Positions 1-10,308 of a DNA stretch of 64,000 nt are shown here, one piece after another (positions within the stretch are counted from its first letter, which is position 1; every line of letters starts with the position of its first letter). The stretch is from an uncultured Pseudomonadota bacterium (GTDB lineage Bacteria; Vulcanimicrobiota; Vulcanimicrobiia; Eremiobacterales; Eremiobacteraceae). The notes under the pieces are model-generated. The model made no database searches. It saw only the letters and a list, made by a program, of their open reading frames with translations, and was not told the origin of the DNA. The stretch spans positions 1,991,379-2,055,378 of the forward strand of contig CAVTNB010000001.1 in NCBI GenBank assembly GCA_963736005.1. The letters run 5' to 3'. The translations under genes and the position numbers were made by a program.

Positions 1-502
1 CGGTGCAGAGCTCATCGACAACCGCGAGCGCAGCCGTGTGCGGAAACAAGGATGCGGTATGACCGTCATTGCCGAGGCCGAGGAAATTGATATCGAAAGC
101 AGTGGGTCCTGCGAAAAACGCGCGCAGCTGTTCATTATAATCGACGGCCCCTTCGTGAGGCTCGAGCTCACCATGCATACGGTGAATGTTTTCAGCGGGA
201 AGGGAAACTTTGCTCAGCAGCGCGGCTGCTGCCATACCATAGTTTGAGTTCGCATTGTCAGGGGGCACGCACCGTTCATCCCCCCAAAAGACATGCACCG
301 CGCTCCAGTTGATATCTTCAGCGAAATCGGTTCCGGAGAGAAGCTCGAGCATGGCTTTGGGTGTGTTTCCGCCGCACAGCGCGACCGCAAAATGACCGTG
401 ATCTTTAATGGCAGCGTGCGAGCGAGTCTGGAACTCGATGGCTGCCTGAGTGGCGAGGACCTTAGTGTTCTCTAGTACGATAATGTTATGCGCACTCGTC
501 AC
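1..502 (-). CDS. pgl: 6-phosphogluconolactonase (partial, runs off window start)
   Basis: Not in ORF track. Manual minus-strand translation from GTG at 502: MTSAHNIIVLE...VALCGGNTPK...WGDERCVPPDNANSNY...LGLGNDGHTASLFP, typical Pgl/DevB motifs; last gene of the OPP operon. Confidence 0.93.
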   Translation of the reverse strand, partial: MTSAHNIIVLENTKVLATQAAIEFQTRSHAAIKDHGHFAVALCGGNTPKAMLELLSGTDFAEDINWSAVHVFWGDERCVPPDNANSNYGMAAAALLSKVSLPAENIHRMHGELEPHEGAVDYNEQLRAFFAGPTAFDINFLGLGNDGHTASLFPHTAALAVVDELCT

Positions 503-504
503 AG

Positions 505-1617
505 CTAGCTCCCCAAAGAGGATTCGAAAAGTGGATCCCGCCCGAGCGTTTGCAGGCAGCCGTCCAAGAGCTGCGCTTCCGTCAGTGTCGCTGCCCCGAA
601 GTGCCAGCGGCGAAACGCTTTGCCGTTGCGGTCGTGGGCTTGCACCTCAATTCCCGTCGGAGAACTCTGCCGAACCAACAGAAGCGACGTCTTGCTGGCG
701 CTCGCGCACAAGGTAATCGCAACGATGCGGCCCGACGACAAGTTCGCCCATGCCGTGCCTGGCGCAATCATGCTGTGCTCTCGCAAGCGCGGTAAACGAG
801 TCGAAAGCCAGCCGGCCATAAGGAGTGCCCGCGCCGAGGGCGGCTCGGCGTCGCTGGTGGCCGCAAACGTGATCGAACAACGATCGATGTCAGACAACAG
901 CGAGAGCATCTCCCGATCGTCAAAACAAGTGGCGATGGCGCCACGCCACGGCGAGGTCCGTTCCCAATTTAGATCGCGAACGCTTGCCCGCTGCCCGCCT
1001 GCCTTCACCAGCTCGCGGAGCACCTCGAGCGCAGAGGCGCCGTCACCGCGGGCGACTTTCCAGTCGCCCACCACATTGGCGCCGGCTTCGGTGCCAGCAA
1101 CAACGAAGCGGTGCGAATCGACGATGACCCGATCGCAGAGTGGTTGCAAGCCATTCCAGAGCGCGCTTCCCAGTGGCGCTCCGCCCCTCCACCACAACAT
1201 CACCGGTAGATCTGAAACTAAGAGTCCACGAACCGCTGAAACCAAGCGATCGTCTGAGTCCGGGCCGGCTTGCAGGACGATTTCCTCGCTGCAAATTGCC
1301 GCGCTGCCCTCACCCTCGCACGCCGTGTTGACCCAGGCACGCACGGTATCGCGCTCTTTGTCGCTGCGACCGACCGAGATGACTCGAATCGGATACTTGC
1401 CCGACAACTGATCGATGATGTCAAGGGCGAAACGATTGTCGCCTTCCTCTTCGACGCAGATGATCAGCGTCATTACGCACGCATGCGATTGTGGCCGATC
1501 GAGCTTAGCAGCCATCGTTCGCCACCGCTCCGCGATCGTGTCTCCGATCTGCGCCACGCGAACCGGGGTGAGACCCCGTGTCGGCGCTTGCGCCATCCCA
1601 TCACTGCCTGACATCAT
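505..1617 (-). CDS. opcA: glucose-6-phosphate dehydrogenase assembly protein OpcA
   Basis: ICSEEIVL, LLVSDLPVMLWWRG, DRVIVDS, DLNWERTSPWR motifs; directly downstream of zwf. Confidence 0.88.
   Translation of the reverse strand: MMSGSDGMAQAPTRGLTPVRVAQIGDTIAERWRTMAAKLDRPQSHACVMTLIICVEEEGDNRFALDIIDQLSGKYPIRVISVGRSDKERDTVRAWVNTACEGEGSAAICSEEIVLQAGPDSDDRLVSAVRGLLVSDLPVMLWWRGGAPLGSALWNGLQPLCDRVIVDSHRFVVAGTEAGANVVGDWKVARGDGASALEVLRELVKAGGQRASVRDLNWERTSPWRGAIATCFDDREMLSLLSDIDRCSITFAATSDAEPPSARALLMAGWLSTRLPRLREHSMIAPGTAWANLSSGRIVAITLCASASKTSLLLVRQSSPTGIEVQAHDRNGKAFRRWHFGAATLTEAQLLDGCLQTLGRDPLFESSLGS
1050..1075 (-). repeat. GTAG-type REP, family D variant, in-frame inside opcA
   Basis: TGTGGTGGGCGACTGGAAAGTCGCCC, near-identical to intergenic TGTAGCGGGCGACTGTCAAGTCGCCC; encodes NVVGDWKVAR. 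Confidence 0.8.
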
Positions 1618-3161
1618 AAACGCCGCCAGCTCCGGCCGTCTCTTGCGAGGAGTTCATCGGCAGTCGCCGGACCCCACGTACCGGCGTCGTAATTGGGGAA
1701 GGCAACATTGCGATCAGCCTCCCAGGTCGAGAGCACGGGGTCGACCAAGGCCCAGGCCGCCTCAACCCCATCGGCCCGGTCAAAGAGCGTTTGATCGCCC
1801 TTCATGCAATCCAAAATGAGGCGCTCGTACGGTGACGCATCCTCGCTTCCAAAGGTCTCGCCATAGCCAAAGTCCATCTCCACTGCCCGAATCCGCATGC
1901 TCGGCCCGGGTACTTTGGCATCAAACTTTAGCGTGATGCCTTCATCTGGTTGAATCTGGAGCGCCAACACATTGCCACCGGGCGTCTCCAGCTGCGCCTT
2001 GCGAAACGGCAAGTGCGGCGCCTCCTTGAACTGCATGGCAATCTCCGTAATGCGTTTTGGCAGTCGTTTGCCCGAACGAATGTAAAATGGCACCCCCGCC
2101 CAGCGCCAGTTGTCGATCCAGAGGTGCAGCGCCGCGTACGTAGGCGTCATCGATTGCGGGTTGACGTCCGGTTCCTGGCGGTAGCCGACGACCCGCTCGC
2201 CAGCGACGCTGCCCGGGCCATACTGCCCGCGCACGGCAACCTTCGATACCTCGGACATCTCGATCGGATGAATCGCCTCAAGCACTCGAATCTTCTCGTC
2301 GCGAAAGTCACGTGCGTCAAAGGACACCGGCGGCTCCATTGCGACAAGCGACATCAACTGCAGTGCGTGGTTTTGTATGACGTCGCGCACGACGCCGGTC
2401 TCTTCGTAAAAATTGCCTCGCCCTTCAATGCCTAAACTCTCCGCTACCGTAATCTGCACCGAGTCAACGTAGCGCCGGTTCCAGATGGGCTCGAAGATGC
2501 CGTTGGCAAAGCGAAGAACCAAAATGTTTTGAACGGTTTCTTTGCCCAAGTAGTGATCGATGCGGTAAATCTGGTCTTCGCTCATATACGTCAGCAGCTC
2601 GCTGTTGAGCGCTTTTGCCGACGCAAGATCTCGCCCGAAAGGTTTCTCCACGATCATCCGCACGAAGCTTTGGGGGCTCTCGGGTTTGACCAGCCCAGCC
2701 CCAGCCAGCTTGGCAGTAATATCTCCGTACAGACTTGCCGGCGTTGCAATGTAGAAAATGCGATTGCCGTTTGTGGCATACTGCTTGTCGTAGAGGTCGA
2801 GTTTTGTTTTGAGCTGTCCGTACGCAGCTGCGTCGTGAAAGTCTCCCGCGACGTAGTGCACCCGCTCGCAGAGGTGCTGCAACACTGCGGGATCGCGCAC
2901 GCGCACTTCCTCCGAAGCGGCCACGGCGTTGGTCAAGACTTTTCGGAAATCATCATCGCTCATGGGCTGGCGCGCGAACCCGATCACCGAGAACGCCGGC
3001 GGAGCAAGCGCCGCTTGCGCTAGGTTGTAAATAGCAGGGAGCAGCTTGCGTTGGGTGAGATCGCCGGAAGCACCGAAAATGCACAGTTGCACCGGCTGCG
3101 TAGCGCCTTCGAGCGACATGCCTTCGCGGAAGGGATTGACCAGCGGTGCTGCGGTTGCCAT
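1614..3161 (-). CDS. zwf: glucose-6-phosphate 1-dehydrogenase
   Basis: GASGDL, EKPFG, RIDHYLGKE, RWAGVPFYIRSGK motifs. Confidence 0.98.
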   Translation of the reverse strand: MATAAPLVNPFREGMSLEGATQPVQLCIFGASGDLTQRKLLPAIYNLAQAALAPPAFSVIGFARQPMSDDDFRKVLTNAVAASEEVRVRDPAVLQHLCERVHYVAGDFHDAAAYGQLKTKLDLYDKQYATNGNRIFYIATPASLYGDITAKLAGAGLVKPESPQSFVRMIVEKPFGRDLASAKALNSELLTYMSEDQIYRIDHYLGKETVQNILVLRFANGIFEPIWNRRYVDSVQITVAESLGIEGRGNFYEETGVVRDVIQNHALQLMSLVAMEPPVSFDARDFRDEKIRVLEAIHPIEMSEVSKVAVRGQYGPGSVAGERVVGYRQEPDVNPQSMTPTYAALHLWIDNWRWAGVPFYIRSGKRLPKRITEIAMQFKEAPHLPFRKAQLETPGGNVLALQIQPDEGITLKFDAKVPGPSMRIRAVEMDFGYGETFGSEDASPYERLILDCMKGDQTLFDRADGVEAAWALVDPVLSTWEADRNVAFPNYDAGTWGPATADELLARDGRSWRRL

Positions 3162-3168
3162 GTAAAGC

Positions 3169-4098
3169 TTAGCTCTTGCGCTTGCCGTCGGAGGGCGCTT
3201 CCGCCTTCACTGCATGGCCGCCAAACTCGTTGCGCAGTGCCGCGATAACTTTTGCGGAGAACGAATCAGTTTGACGCGAGCGAAAACGCATGAAGAGCGA
3301 CAACGCGAGCGTCGGCACCGGCACGGAAAGATCGATCGCATCGATCACCGTCCAGCGGCCCTCGCCCGTGTCGTCCACATACCCTGCAATCTTCTCGAGT
3401 TTTGGATCCGCTGCAAAGGCAAGCTCCGCCAGCTCGAGCAGCCACGAGCGAATGACGCTGCCTTGGTTCCAGAGATGCGATATCTTTTCCAAGTCGAGTT
3501 CGTTGCCGAACTCAGACGCTTCAAGAACCTCAAATCCCTCACCATACCCTTGCAGCATGACGTATTCAATGCCGTTGTGCACCATCTTGACGAAGTGGCC
3601 CGATCCCACGGGCCCCACGCGCAGGTAACCATCCTTGGGAGCCAGCGTCAGAAAAATCGGTTCGAGACGCTTGCAAACGTCCACCTCGCCGCCGACCATC
3701 AAGCAATATCCCTCCTTCAAACCCCAGATGCCACCCGATACGCCCGCATCGACAAACGAGATTCCCTGAGGCGCCAGGGCTTTGGCGTGCTGCTGTGCTT
3801 CTTTCCAATACGAATTGCCGCCGTCGATGATGACATCGCCACGTTCCAGCAGCCCGCTCAGCTCGTCGATCGTGCTGTTCGTTGGATTCCCAGAAGGCAG
3901 CATGATCCACACGTTGCGCGGCGGGGCAAGGGCCCGGACCAGATCGGCGAGGGTGGAACAACCCTTGGCCCCCATCGCCGTGGTGGCGGCAACCGCTTGC
4001 GCATTGCGATCGAAGGCCGCGAGATCATGACCCCCCTCGCGCAAACGCTCCACCATGTTGGCGCCCATCCGGCCCAACCCCACCATCCCGAGTTGCAT
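3169..4098 (-). CDS. gnd: 6-phosphogluconate dehydrogenase, decarboxylating (short form)
   Basis: GLGRMG, IDGGNS, GHFVKMVHNGIEY, ALRNEFGGHAV motifs. Confidence 0.97.
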   Translation of the reverse strand: MQLGMVGLGRMGANMVERLREGGHDLAAFDRNAQAVAATTAMGAKGCSTLADLVRALAPPRNVWIMLPSGNPTNSTIDELSGLLERGDVIIDGGNSYWKEAQQHAKALAPQGISFVDAGVSGGIWGLKEGYCLMVGGEVDVCKRLEPIFLTLAPKDGYLRVGPVGSGHFVKMVHNGIEYVMLQGYGEGFEVLEASEFGNELDLEKISHLWNQGSVIRSWLLELAELAFAADPKLEKIAGYVDDTGEGRWTVIDAIDLSVPVPTLALSLFMRFRSRQTDSFSAKVIAALRNEFGGHAVKAEAPSDGKRKS

Positions 4099-4103
4099 CG
4101 TTT

Positions 4104-6929
4104 CTATCCCTTCGTCGAAGCGGAAACTGCAATCTGCGATGCGACGTTGCGGAGCGCGCGCGCAACCGCCGCAAGCCCAGCATCGATGTCGTCGCCCAAG
4201 TCAATGCGCAACACGCGGCGCCCGTGCGTTTGCAACGATTGATAATCCCCAAGCGCCTGAGCATTTTTTAAAGTGCCGAAGTCAAATGGCTGCCCAGGTA
4301 TGGCGAGCGCGATCGAATCACCACCAACGAGTTGCAAAAAGACGCCTGTGTTTGGGCCGCCTTTGTGCAACTGCCCAGTGGAATGAAGGAAGCGCGGACC
4401 GTAACCAAGCGTTGTCGCCGCTTTGGTTGCATCGCGCACGAGCACGCGCATGGCTTGCAGCACTTCGTCGCGCTGTGGCGTCTGCTGAATGAATGCGGCG
4501 AAATCCACGTAGTCGCCCGGCTTCACGCTGGCGATCAGCTTCGCGAGCGCTGTCTCGTCCGTTGGCTGCGAACCTTGGGCCTCAATTTTCCCGTTCCCCG
4601 TCCCTGCGAGGATGCGCTTCGTGTTGTCCTTGCTTTCCTGCACGTTAGGTTCGTCGAACGGATCGATGCCAAGGAGCGCACCCACCGTTGCGGTTGCAAA
4701 CTCCCAGCAGAAAAACTCCTCAGCCACGTCGAGTGCGTCGCGCAAGGTGATGAGGACAACTGGATGACCGGCCTTCTCGAGCGCCTCGCACCGAGCCGCC
4801 GATGCAGCGTCGCCATCAAGCGCCAAAGACACGAAGACTCGATCGTTTCCATAAACGCCCGGATCGCCTACCGGCTCGCCGGCGACGGGTATGAGCCCCT
4901 TGCCTTCTTTCCCCGTGCTTTCGGCGATCAGTTGCTCGAGCCACAAGCCCAGTGTTTCGATTTGGCGCGAGGCGAGAAAGGTAACCTTATCACGTCTGTT
5001 CAGCAGCGCCGCTTGCGCGAGCGCGACCCCAAGTGAAACGCCCGGGTGTTGCGCGGCAGGAACGCCCGCCGCGCACGCCTCGACCATGCGCTGGGCTCGA
5101 TCGAGCAATCCGCCAACGTCGAATCCGGCAACGGCTGCGGGCACGAGTCCAAAATACGAGAGGGCAGAATAGCGTCCCCCGATATCCGACGGGTTGACGA
5201 AGACTCGCCGCACGCCACGCTGCGCTCCGAGTTTGGCCAACGCTGTGTCCGCATCGGTAATGTACACGAACTGACGAGCAGCCTTCTTGTCATCACCCAC
5301 CGCAGCTTTGACTTTTTCGAAGAAATACTCCCCGAAGCTGCGGCTTTCAAGGGTTGTTCCAGACTTGCTCGCCTCGATGAAGAGCGTGCGCCGCAGATCG
5401 AGCTTGCGCTCCAGCGCGGCAATCGCTTCCGGTACCGTGCTGTCCAAGATCAAGAGTTCGGGATGACCCGCTCGCTCGCCAAAGGTTTCACGCAGCACGA
5501 TCGGACAAAGACTGCTGCCACCCATGCCCATGAGCACGGCGTGGGTGAAGCCGTCGCGCGCGATGCCCTCGCCAAAATCGCGCAGCTCCTCAATCCGGCC
5601 CTCCATGGTTTGCGCCACCGTCAGCCAACCCAAGCGGTTTCGGATGACGGCCGCGTGGGCCGCATCGCCTTTCTTCCACAGGTCCACATCGTGCTGCCAG
5701 ACACGCGGCACAAAGCGTTCCGAGTCGAACTGCTGGAGCGTTTGATAGTGCGCCGCCTGATCAAAATTGCGCAACTGACGCCGATCCACGCCATCCGCAC
5801 GCAACGATTCGACTTTTTCGCGCAAGACGTCGAACAGCTGGTTATAGGATGTCTCAAAGATCACGAGACCATCGGCGAGCAGCTTGTCGGTAATAGCCTT
5901 GAGCGAGATCCCCGCGGCTTCAAGCGCCACCAGCGCTGCGTCCCAGCGGTCGAAATCCGAGTCGAGCGTGCGCGCGAGCTTGCCGTGGTCGCGAAAGGCA
6001 TCGATCGTTGCCGGCGGCATCGTATCGACCGTATCCGGACCGATGAGCGCCTCCACGTAATACGTGTCTGGATATTTTGGATTCTTGGTCGATGTGCTGG
6101 CCCACAGCGGGCGTTGACGGCGCGCGCCGGCGGCCGCAAGCTTGCGGAAGCGCTCGCTTTCAAGCGACGCCAAGTAGACACGATACAATCGCTTGGCGTT
6201 AGCGATGGCCGTCTTGCCGAGCAGCGCCTCAAGGGCGGGCCGAGCAGACGCGTCAGCTTTTTCTATGGCTGCCGTCAGTCGCTTATCGGCTTCCGTGTCG
6301 ACGCGGCTCACGAAGCACGATGCAACCGAAGCGATGCGATCGATCGGCTGTTTGCGCGCCAGACGATCCTCGAGGCCAGAATAAAATGCGTCGATCACGC
6401 GCTCGTAGTACTCTGCGCCGAACATGAGCGTAATGTTGACGTTGATGCCTTCTGCGGTGAGCGCGCGGATCACCGGCATGCCCTCGTCAGTTGCGGGCAC
6501 CTTGATCATAACATTGGGCCGCCCTACGGCCTTCCACAGCCGCTTGCCCTCGGCGATCGATGACCCCGTCTCCTTGGCAAGATCGGGGGGAAGCTCGATG
6601 GACACGTAGCCATCCCCGCCATCGCTTGCTCGATACAGATCGGCGAAAACGTCGCACGCTTCCCGAATATCCTCGATCGTGATGATGTCGTACATCTCTC
6701 GGGCAGACGTCACGCCGCGGTCCACAAGTTCTTTGATGCCTTCATCGTAGTCGTGGCTCTCTGAAACTGCTTTTTCGAAGATCGTGGGATTGGAGGTGAC
6801 ACCTCGCAAGCCATCATCGTCTACCATCCGGCGTAGCTCGCCCGAGCGAGTAAACCCGCGTCGAATGTTATCGAGCCAGAAGCTTTGACCGAAGTCGATC
6901 AAGCGCGCAAGTGGATTAGCCATCAACAA
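4104..6929 (-). CDS. bifunctional transaldolase / glucose-6-phosphate isomerase
   Basis: N-terminal transaldolase (GVTSNPTIF, NVMIKVPAT, RPLWASTSTKNP) fused to PGI-like domain (GMGGSS, IGGRYSALS, QLIAESTGKEG, GPRFLHSTGQLHKGG). Confidence 0.95.
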   Translation of the reverse strand: MLMANPLARLIDFGQSFWLDNIRRGFTRSGELRRMVDDDGLRGVTSNPTIFEKAVSESHDYDEGIKELVDRGVTSAREMYDIITIEDIREACDVFADLYRASDGGDGYVSIELPPDLAKETGSSIAEGKRLWKAVGRPNVMIKVPATDEGMPVIRALTAEGINVNITLMFGAEYYERVIDAFYSGLEDRLARKQPIDRIASVASCFVSRVDTEADKRLTAAIEKADASARPALEALLGKTAIANAKRLYRVYLASLESERFRKLAAAGARRQRPLWASTSTKNPKYPDTYYVEALIGPDTVDTMPPATIDAFRDHGKLARTLDSDFDRWDAALVALEAAGISLKAITDKLLADGLVIFETSYNQLFDVLREKVESLRADGVDRRQLRNFDQAAHYQTLQQFDSERFVPRVWQHDVDLWKKGDAAHAAVIRNRLGWLTVAQTMEGRIEELRDFGEGIARDGFTHAVLMGMGGSSLCPIVLRETFGERAGHPELLILDSTVPEAIAALERKLDLRRTLFIEASKSGTTLESRSFGEYFFEKVKAAVGDDKKAARQFVYITDADTALAKLGAQRGVRRVFVNPSDIGGRYSALSYFGLVPAAVAGFDVGGLLDRAQRMVEACAAGVPAAQHPGVSLGVALAQAALLNRRDKVTFLASRQIETLGLWLEQLIAESTGKEGKGLIPVAGEPVGDPGVYGNDRVFVSLALDGDAASAARCEALEKAGHPVVLITLRDALDVAEEFFCWEFATATVGALLGIDPFDEPNVQESKDNTKRILAGTGNGKIEAQGSQPTDETALAKLIASVKPGDYVDFAAFIQQTPQRDEVLQAMRVLVRDATKAATTLGYGPRFLHSTGQLHKGGPNTGVFLQLVGGDSIALAIPGQPFDFGTLKNAQALGDYQSLQTHGRRVLRIDLGDDIDAGLAAVARALRNVASQIAVSASTKG

Positions 6930-6937
6930 CCCCTTTA

Positions 6938-6963
6938 TGTAGCAGCGGACCTTTAGGTCCGCT
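6938..6963 (+). repeat. GTAG-type REP family A overlapping the tkt stop codon
   Basis: TGTAGCAGCGGACCTTTAGGTCCGCT; hairpin AGCGGACC/GGTCCGCT. Confidence 0.88.
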
Positions 6964-8980
6964 CCTTTTTCAACAACCCTAGGGCGCGCTCGGCCACGCG
7001 CTCCGGAGTAAAGCCAAACTCGCGGAAGATAACCTCAGCCGGGGCGGAGGCGCCAAAGTGGTCGATGCCGATGGCCAGACCCCGGTCGCCGATGTAGCGT
7101 TGCCACCCAAACGTCGCGGCCGCTTCAACGGACACGCGCGCGGTAACAGCCGGTGGCAGCACTTCATCCCGATATTTTTGCGTTTGACGCTCGAAGACGC
7201 TCCAGCATGGTAAGCTGACGACGCGGGTGGCGACGCCTTGCTGTTCCAAAAGTTTTGCCGCCTCCATGCACAGCGAAACTTCTGACCCGGTTCCAATCAA
7301 AATGAGGTCTGGATTGGCGCGGCTCTCGCGAACCAAAATGTAGCCGCCGTTGCGCGCTCCCGTGGTTGCCTCTGCATCAAAAATCGGGATTTTCTGTCGT
7401 GTCAGCGCCAGTCCGACCGGCCCTCCCTCGTGTTCCATGGCGAGGCGCCAGCAAATTGCTGTTTCGTTGGCGTCTGCAGGGCGCATGATTGTCATGTGCG
7501 GCATGGCGCGCAGCGACGCGAGCTGCTCGATCGGCTGATGCGTCGGCCCGTCTTCCCCGAGTCCAACGCTGTCGTGCGTCCAAACATAGATTGGACGAAT
7601 CTCCATGAGGGCGGCCAAACGCACCGGTGGCCGCATGTAGTCGGAGAAGATGAAGAAGGTTGCGCCGAAGGGGCGCAATCCGCCATGGAGCACCATACCA
7701 TTGAGCGCAGCACCCATCGCATGCTCGCGAATGCCGAAGTGAAAGTTGCGACCGCCGTAAGAGTCACGCTCAAAATCGCCCATGCCAGAAAGGTTGGTCT
7801 CGGTTGACGGAGCGAGGTCCGCGGACCCGCCGAGGAAGTTTGGGACCACTTGGGCGATCGCGTTCATGACCTTGCTCGAAGCGATGCGCGTGGCCATCGG
7901 GCCATCTTGTTGTTTGAAGCTCGGAATGCGATCTGCCCAACCATCCGGGAGCTGGTCGCTCTGCTCGGCTGCGAATTGCCGGGCAAGATCGGGGAAGCTC
8001 GCCGCGTAGGTGTCGAAGCGGGCGCGCCACTCCGCTTCGAATGATTCTCCTCGTCCGATCGCCTCGCGCGTGTATTCGAGTACCTGATCGGGCACGAGAA
8101 AGTGCGCGTCCTCCGGCCATCCGTAAAAGCGTTTTGCCGCCCGAACCTCGTCTTCTCCGAGCGGCGCTCCGTGCGCGGCTGCAGTGTCGTGTTTGTTCGG
8201 CGCGCCATAGGCAATGTGGCTGCGCACGCGAATGAGCGATGGCCGCGGATCGGCTTTGGCGGCAATAATCGCTTTGTCCAAAGCGTCGAGGTCGTTGGCA
8301 TCCTCGACGGCTTGCGTGTGCCAACCATACGCATCGAAACGCTCGCAGACGTCCTCGTCGAACGCAAGCGACGTATTGCCCTCGATTGTGATGTGGTTGT
8401 CGTCGTAGAAATAGATGAGCCGGCCAAGGCGCAGATGGCCTGCAAATGATGCAGCCTCTGAGGCGACGCCCTCCATGATATCGCCATCGCTGCAAATCGC
8501 ATACGTATAATGATTCACGACATCGAAGCCCGGCTTGTTGTAGCGCGCAGCCAGCGAGCGCTCGGCGATTGCGAACCCGACGCCATTCCCAAAGCCTTGG
8601 CCGAGCGGCCCGGTCGTCACTTCGACGCCTGGCACGACACCATACTCCGGATGCCCCGGCGTCTTGCTTCCCCATTGACGGAATTGCTTGATGTCATCGA
8701 GGGTGAGATCGTACCCAGTCAAAAACATGATCGCGTACTGCAACATACACGCGTGACCGGCTGACAGCACGAAGCGATCGCGGTCGGGCCACTGCGTGTT
8801 CCGGGGGTTGAAGCGCAGATGCCTCGTGTAGAGCACGTAGGCCAGCGGCGCGAGCGCCATCGGCGTTCCTGGATGGCCTGAGTTTGCCTTTTGGACGGCG
8901 TCCATGGCCAGCGTGCGGATCGTATTGATGCACAACTGATCGAGTGCTTTGGAATCGAGCGCCGGGGAGGTCTTGGCCAT
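6953..8980 (-). CDS. tkt: transketolase
   Basis: [41 protein letters not shown] motifs. Confidence 0.98.
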   Translation of the reverse strand: MAKTSPALDSKALDQLCINTIRTLAMDAVQKANSGHPGTPMALAPLAYVLYTRHLRFNPRNTQWPDRDRFVLSAGHACMLQYAIMFLTGYDLTLDDIKQFRQWGSKTPGHPEYGVVPGVEVTTGPLGQGFGNGVGFAIAERSLAARYNKPGFDVVNHYTYAICSDGDIMEGVASEAASFAGHLRLGRLIYFYDDNHITIEGNTSLAFDEDVCERFDAYGWHTQAVEDANDLDALDKAIIAAKADPRPSLIRVRSHIAYGAPNKHDTAAAHGAPLGEDEVRAAKRFYGWPEDAHFLVPDQVLEYTREAIGRGESFEAEWRARFDTYAASFPDLARQFAAEQSDQLPDGWADRIPSFKQQDGPMATRIASSKVMNAIAQVVPNFLGGSADLAPSTETNLSGMGDFERDSYGGRNFHFGIREHAMGAALNGMVLHGGLRPFGATFFIFSDYMRPPVRLAALMEIRPIYVWTHDSVGLGEDGPTHQPIEQLASLRAMPHMTIMRPADANETAICWRLAMEHEGGPVGLALTRQKIPIFDAEATTGARNGGYILVRESRANPDLILIGTGSEVSLCMEAAKLLEQQGVATRVVSLPCWSVFERQTQKYRDEVLPPAVTARVSVEAAATFGWQRYIGDRGLAIGIDHFGASAPAEVIFREFGFTPERVAERALGLLKKERT

Positions 8981-9012
8981 GGTACTCCTTGTTCAGGTTG
9001 GCAATCTAGCCA

Positions 9013-9038
9013 TGTAGCAGCGGACCTTCAGGTCCGCT
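9013..9038 (+). repeat. GTAG-type REP family A
   Basis: TGTAGCAGCGGACCTTCAGGTCCGCT between selD and tkt. Confidence 0.88.
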
Positions 9039-9066
9039 CGGTTACCTTGTCTTTTTATACCCGCTG

Positions 9067-10143
9067 TTACCTGTCGCGTACCGAGAACGTGGCTTCCGCC
9101 GTGAGGGCACCGATGAACGATACGATATCAACGCCATGGTGGTTCAACGCCGCGCGCAGTTCATCCGCAAATTGTCGCGAGACGGCGATGAGCAGACCAC
9201 CGGACGTTTGAGCATCGCACAGCGTGAGCTGCAGCGCATCCGGAATCGACGGCTCGAAGGAGACGCCCGATGCAAGCGCATTTTCGAGGTTCGAGCGCGT
9301 TCCGCCCGGTACGACCTCATGAGCGGCAAGATCGAGGACGAGGTCGAACACGGGAACGCTGCGAGCCAAAAGTTCGAAGCCCAAACCACTTCCGCGCGCC
9401 ATCTCGAGCAGATGGCCTACGAGGCCAAAACCCGTCACGTCGGTCGCGGCGTGCACGGGTGGATCGCCGTGTTTGGCATTGAGCTCGACCATAGCGGTTG
9501 ACGCTGCACGGTTGAGCGTTTCCATAGCGGCGATCGCAGGTGCTAGATCCTTTTCAGGAATAGCGTCTTTGCGCTGTGCGGTGGTCAAGATTCCAGTTCC
9601 AATCGGCTTTGTTAAGAGAAGCACGTCACCCGCTCGCCCCGTCGAGTTGCGGACGATTCGTTGTGGATGCGCGATGCCCGTGACTGCCAAGCCATATTTT
9701 GGCTCGGGGTCCTTGACCGTGTGACCGCCGATGATGTGGATCCCGGCCTCGTGTGCTTTTTCGACGCCCCCCGCGAGGATCTCAGCGAGAATCGTGGGAT
9801 CGCGATCCGCCGGAAAGCAAGCAATCGCGAGCGCGCACAACGGCGTGCCACCCATCGCGTAAACATCGGAGAGCGCGTTTGCAGCAGCAATCCGGCCAAA
9901 GGTTTTCGGTTCATCGACAATGGGCGTAAAGAAGTCAACCGTCACAACGAGCGCAGTTCGGTCGTTGAGTCGGTACACTCCAGCATCATCCGCCGTGGAC
10001 GTGCCGACGAGGACGTTGGGGTCGTCGATCGGCGGCAATCCGGCCAGCACCTGCGCGAGCACGCTCGCGTCGGCTTTAGAGGCTCAACCCGCGCAGCTTG
10101 AAAGGTGGGTGAGCCGAAAAATGTCGGTCCGTGTCACTCTCAT
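9067..10143 (-). CDS. selD: selenide, water dikinase (selenophosphate synthetase), selenocysteine-containing
   Basis: ORF track starts at 10062, but the frame extends to ATG 10143 (AGGA upstream) through an in-frame TGA at 10084-10086: MRVTRTDIFRLTHLSSCAG-U-ASK. DDAGVY, DFFTPIVD, ANALSDVYAMGG, TDVTGFGL, DAQTSGGLL motifs. Confidence 0.95.
10054..10083 (-). promoter_or_regulatory. candidate bacterial SECIS element
   Basis: 14 nt after the UGA a perfect stem CGCGAGC-GT-GCTCGCG (10054-10069) with G/U in the apical loop. Confidence 0.7.
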
Positions 10144-10308
10144 TGACTTTCCTGAGTTTTGGGGATGGCCCTGGTAACGCGTGATGGCCAACTTGTCCCC
10201 TCATGTGGACCTATAGTAAGGTACGCGGGAGCCGATAATAATGAAGAGGGGATCGCATCCACATAGTGGTCGTCTTCGTTATCCCCTTTGTGAGGAGTTC
10301 AAAGGGTC

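Noticed and set aside
5046..6563. Long antisense ORFs (also 3214-4242, 14203-15102, 7770-8675)
   Set aside because: Shadow frames of GC-rich genes, with no recognisable motifs.
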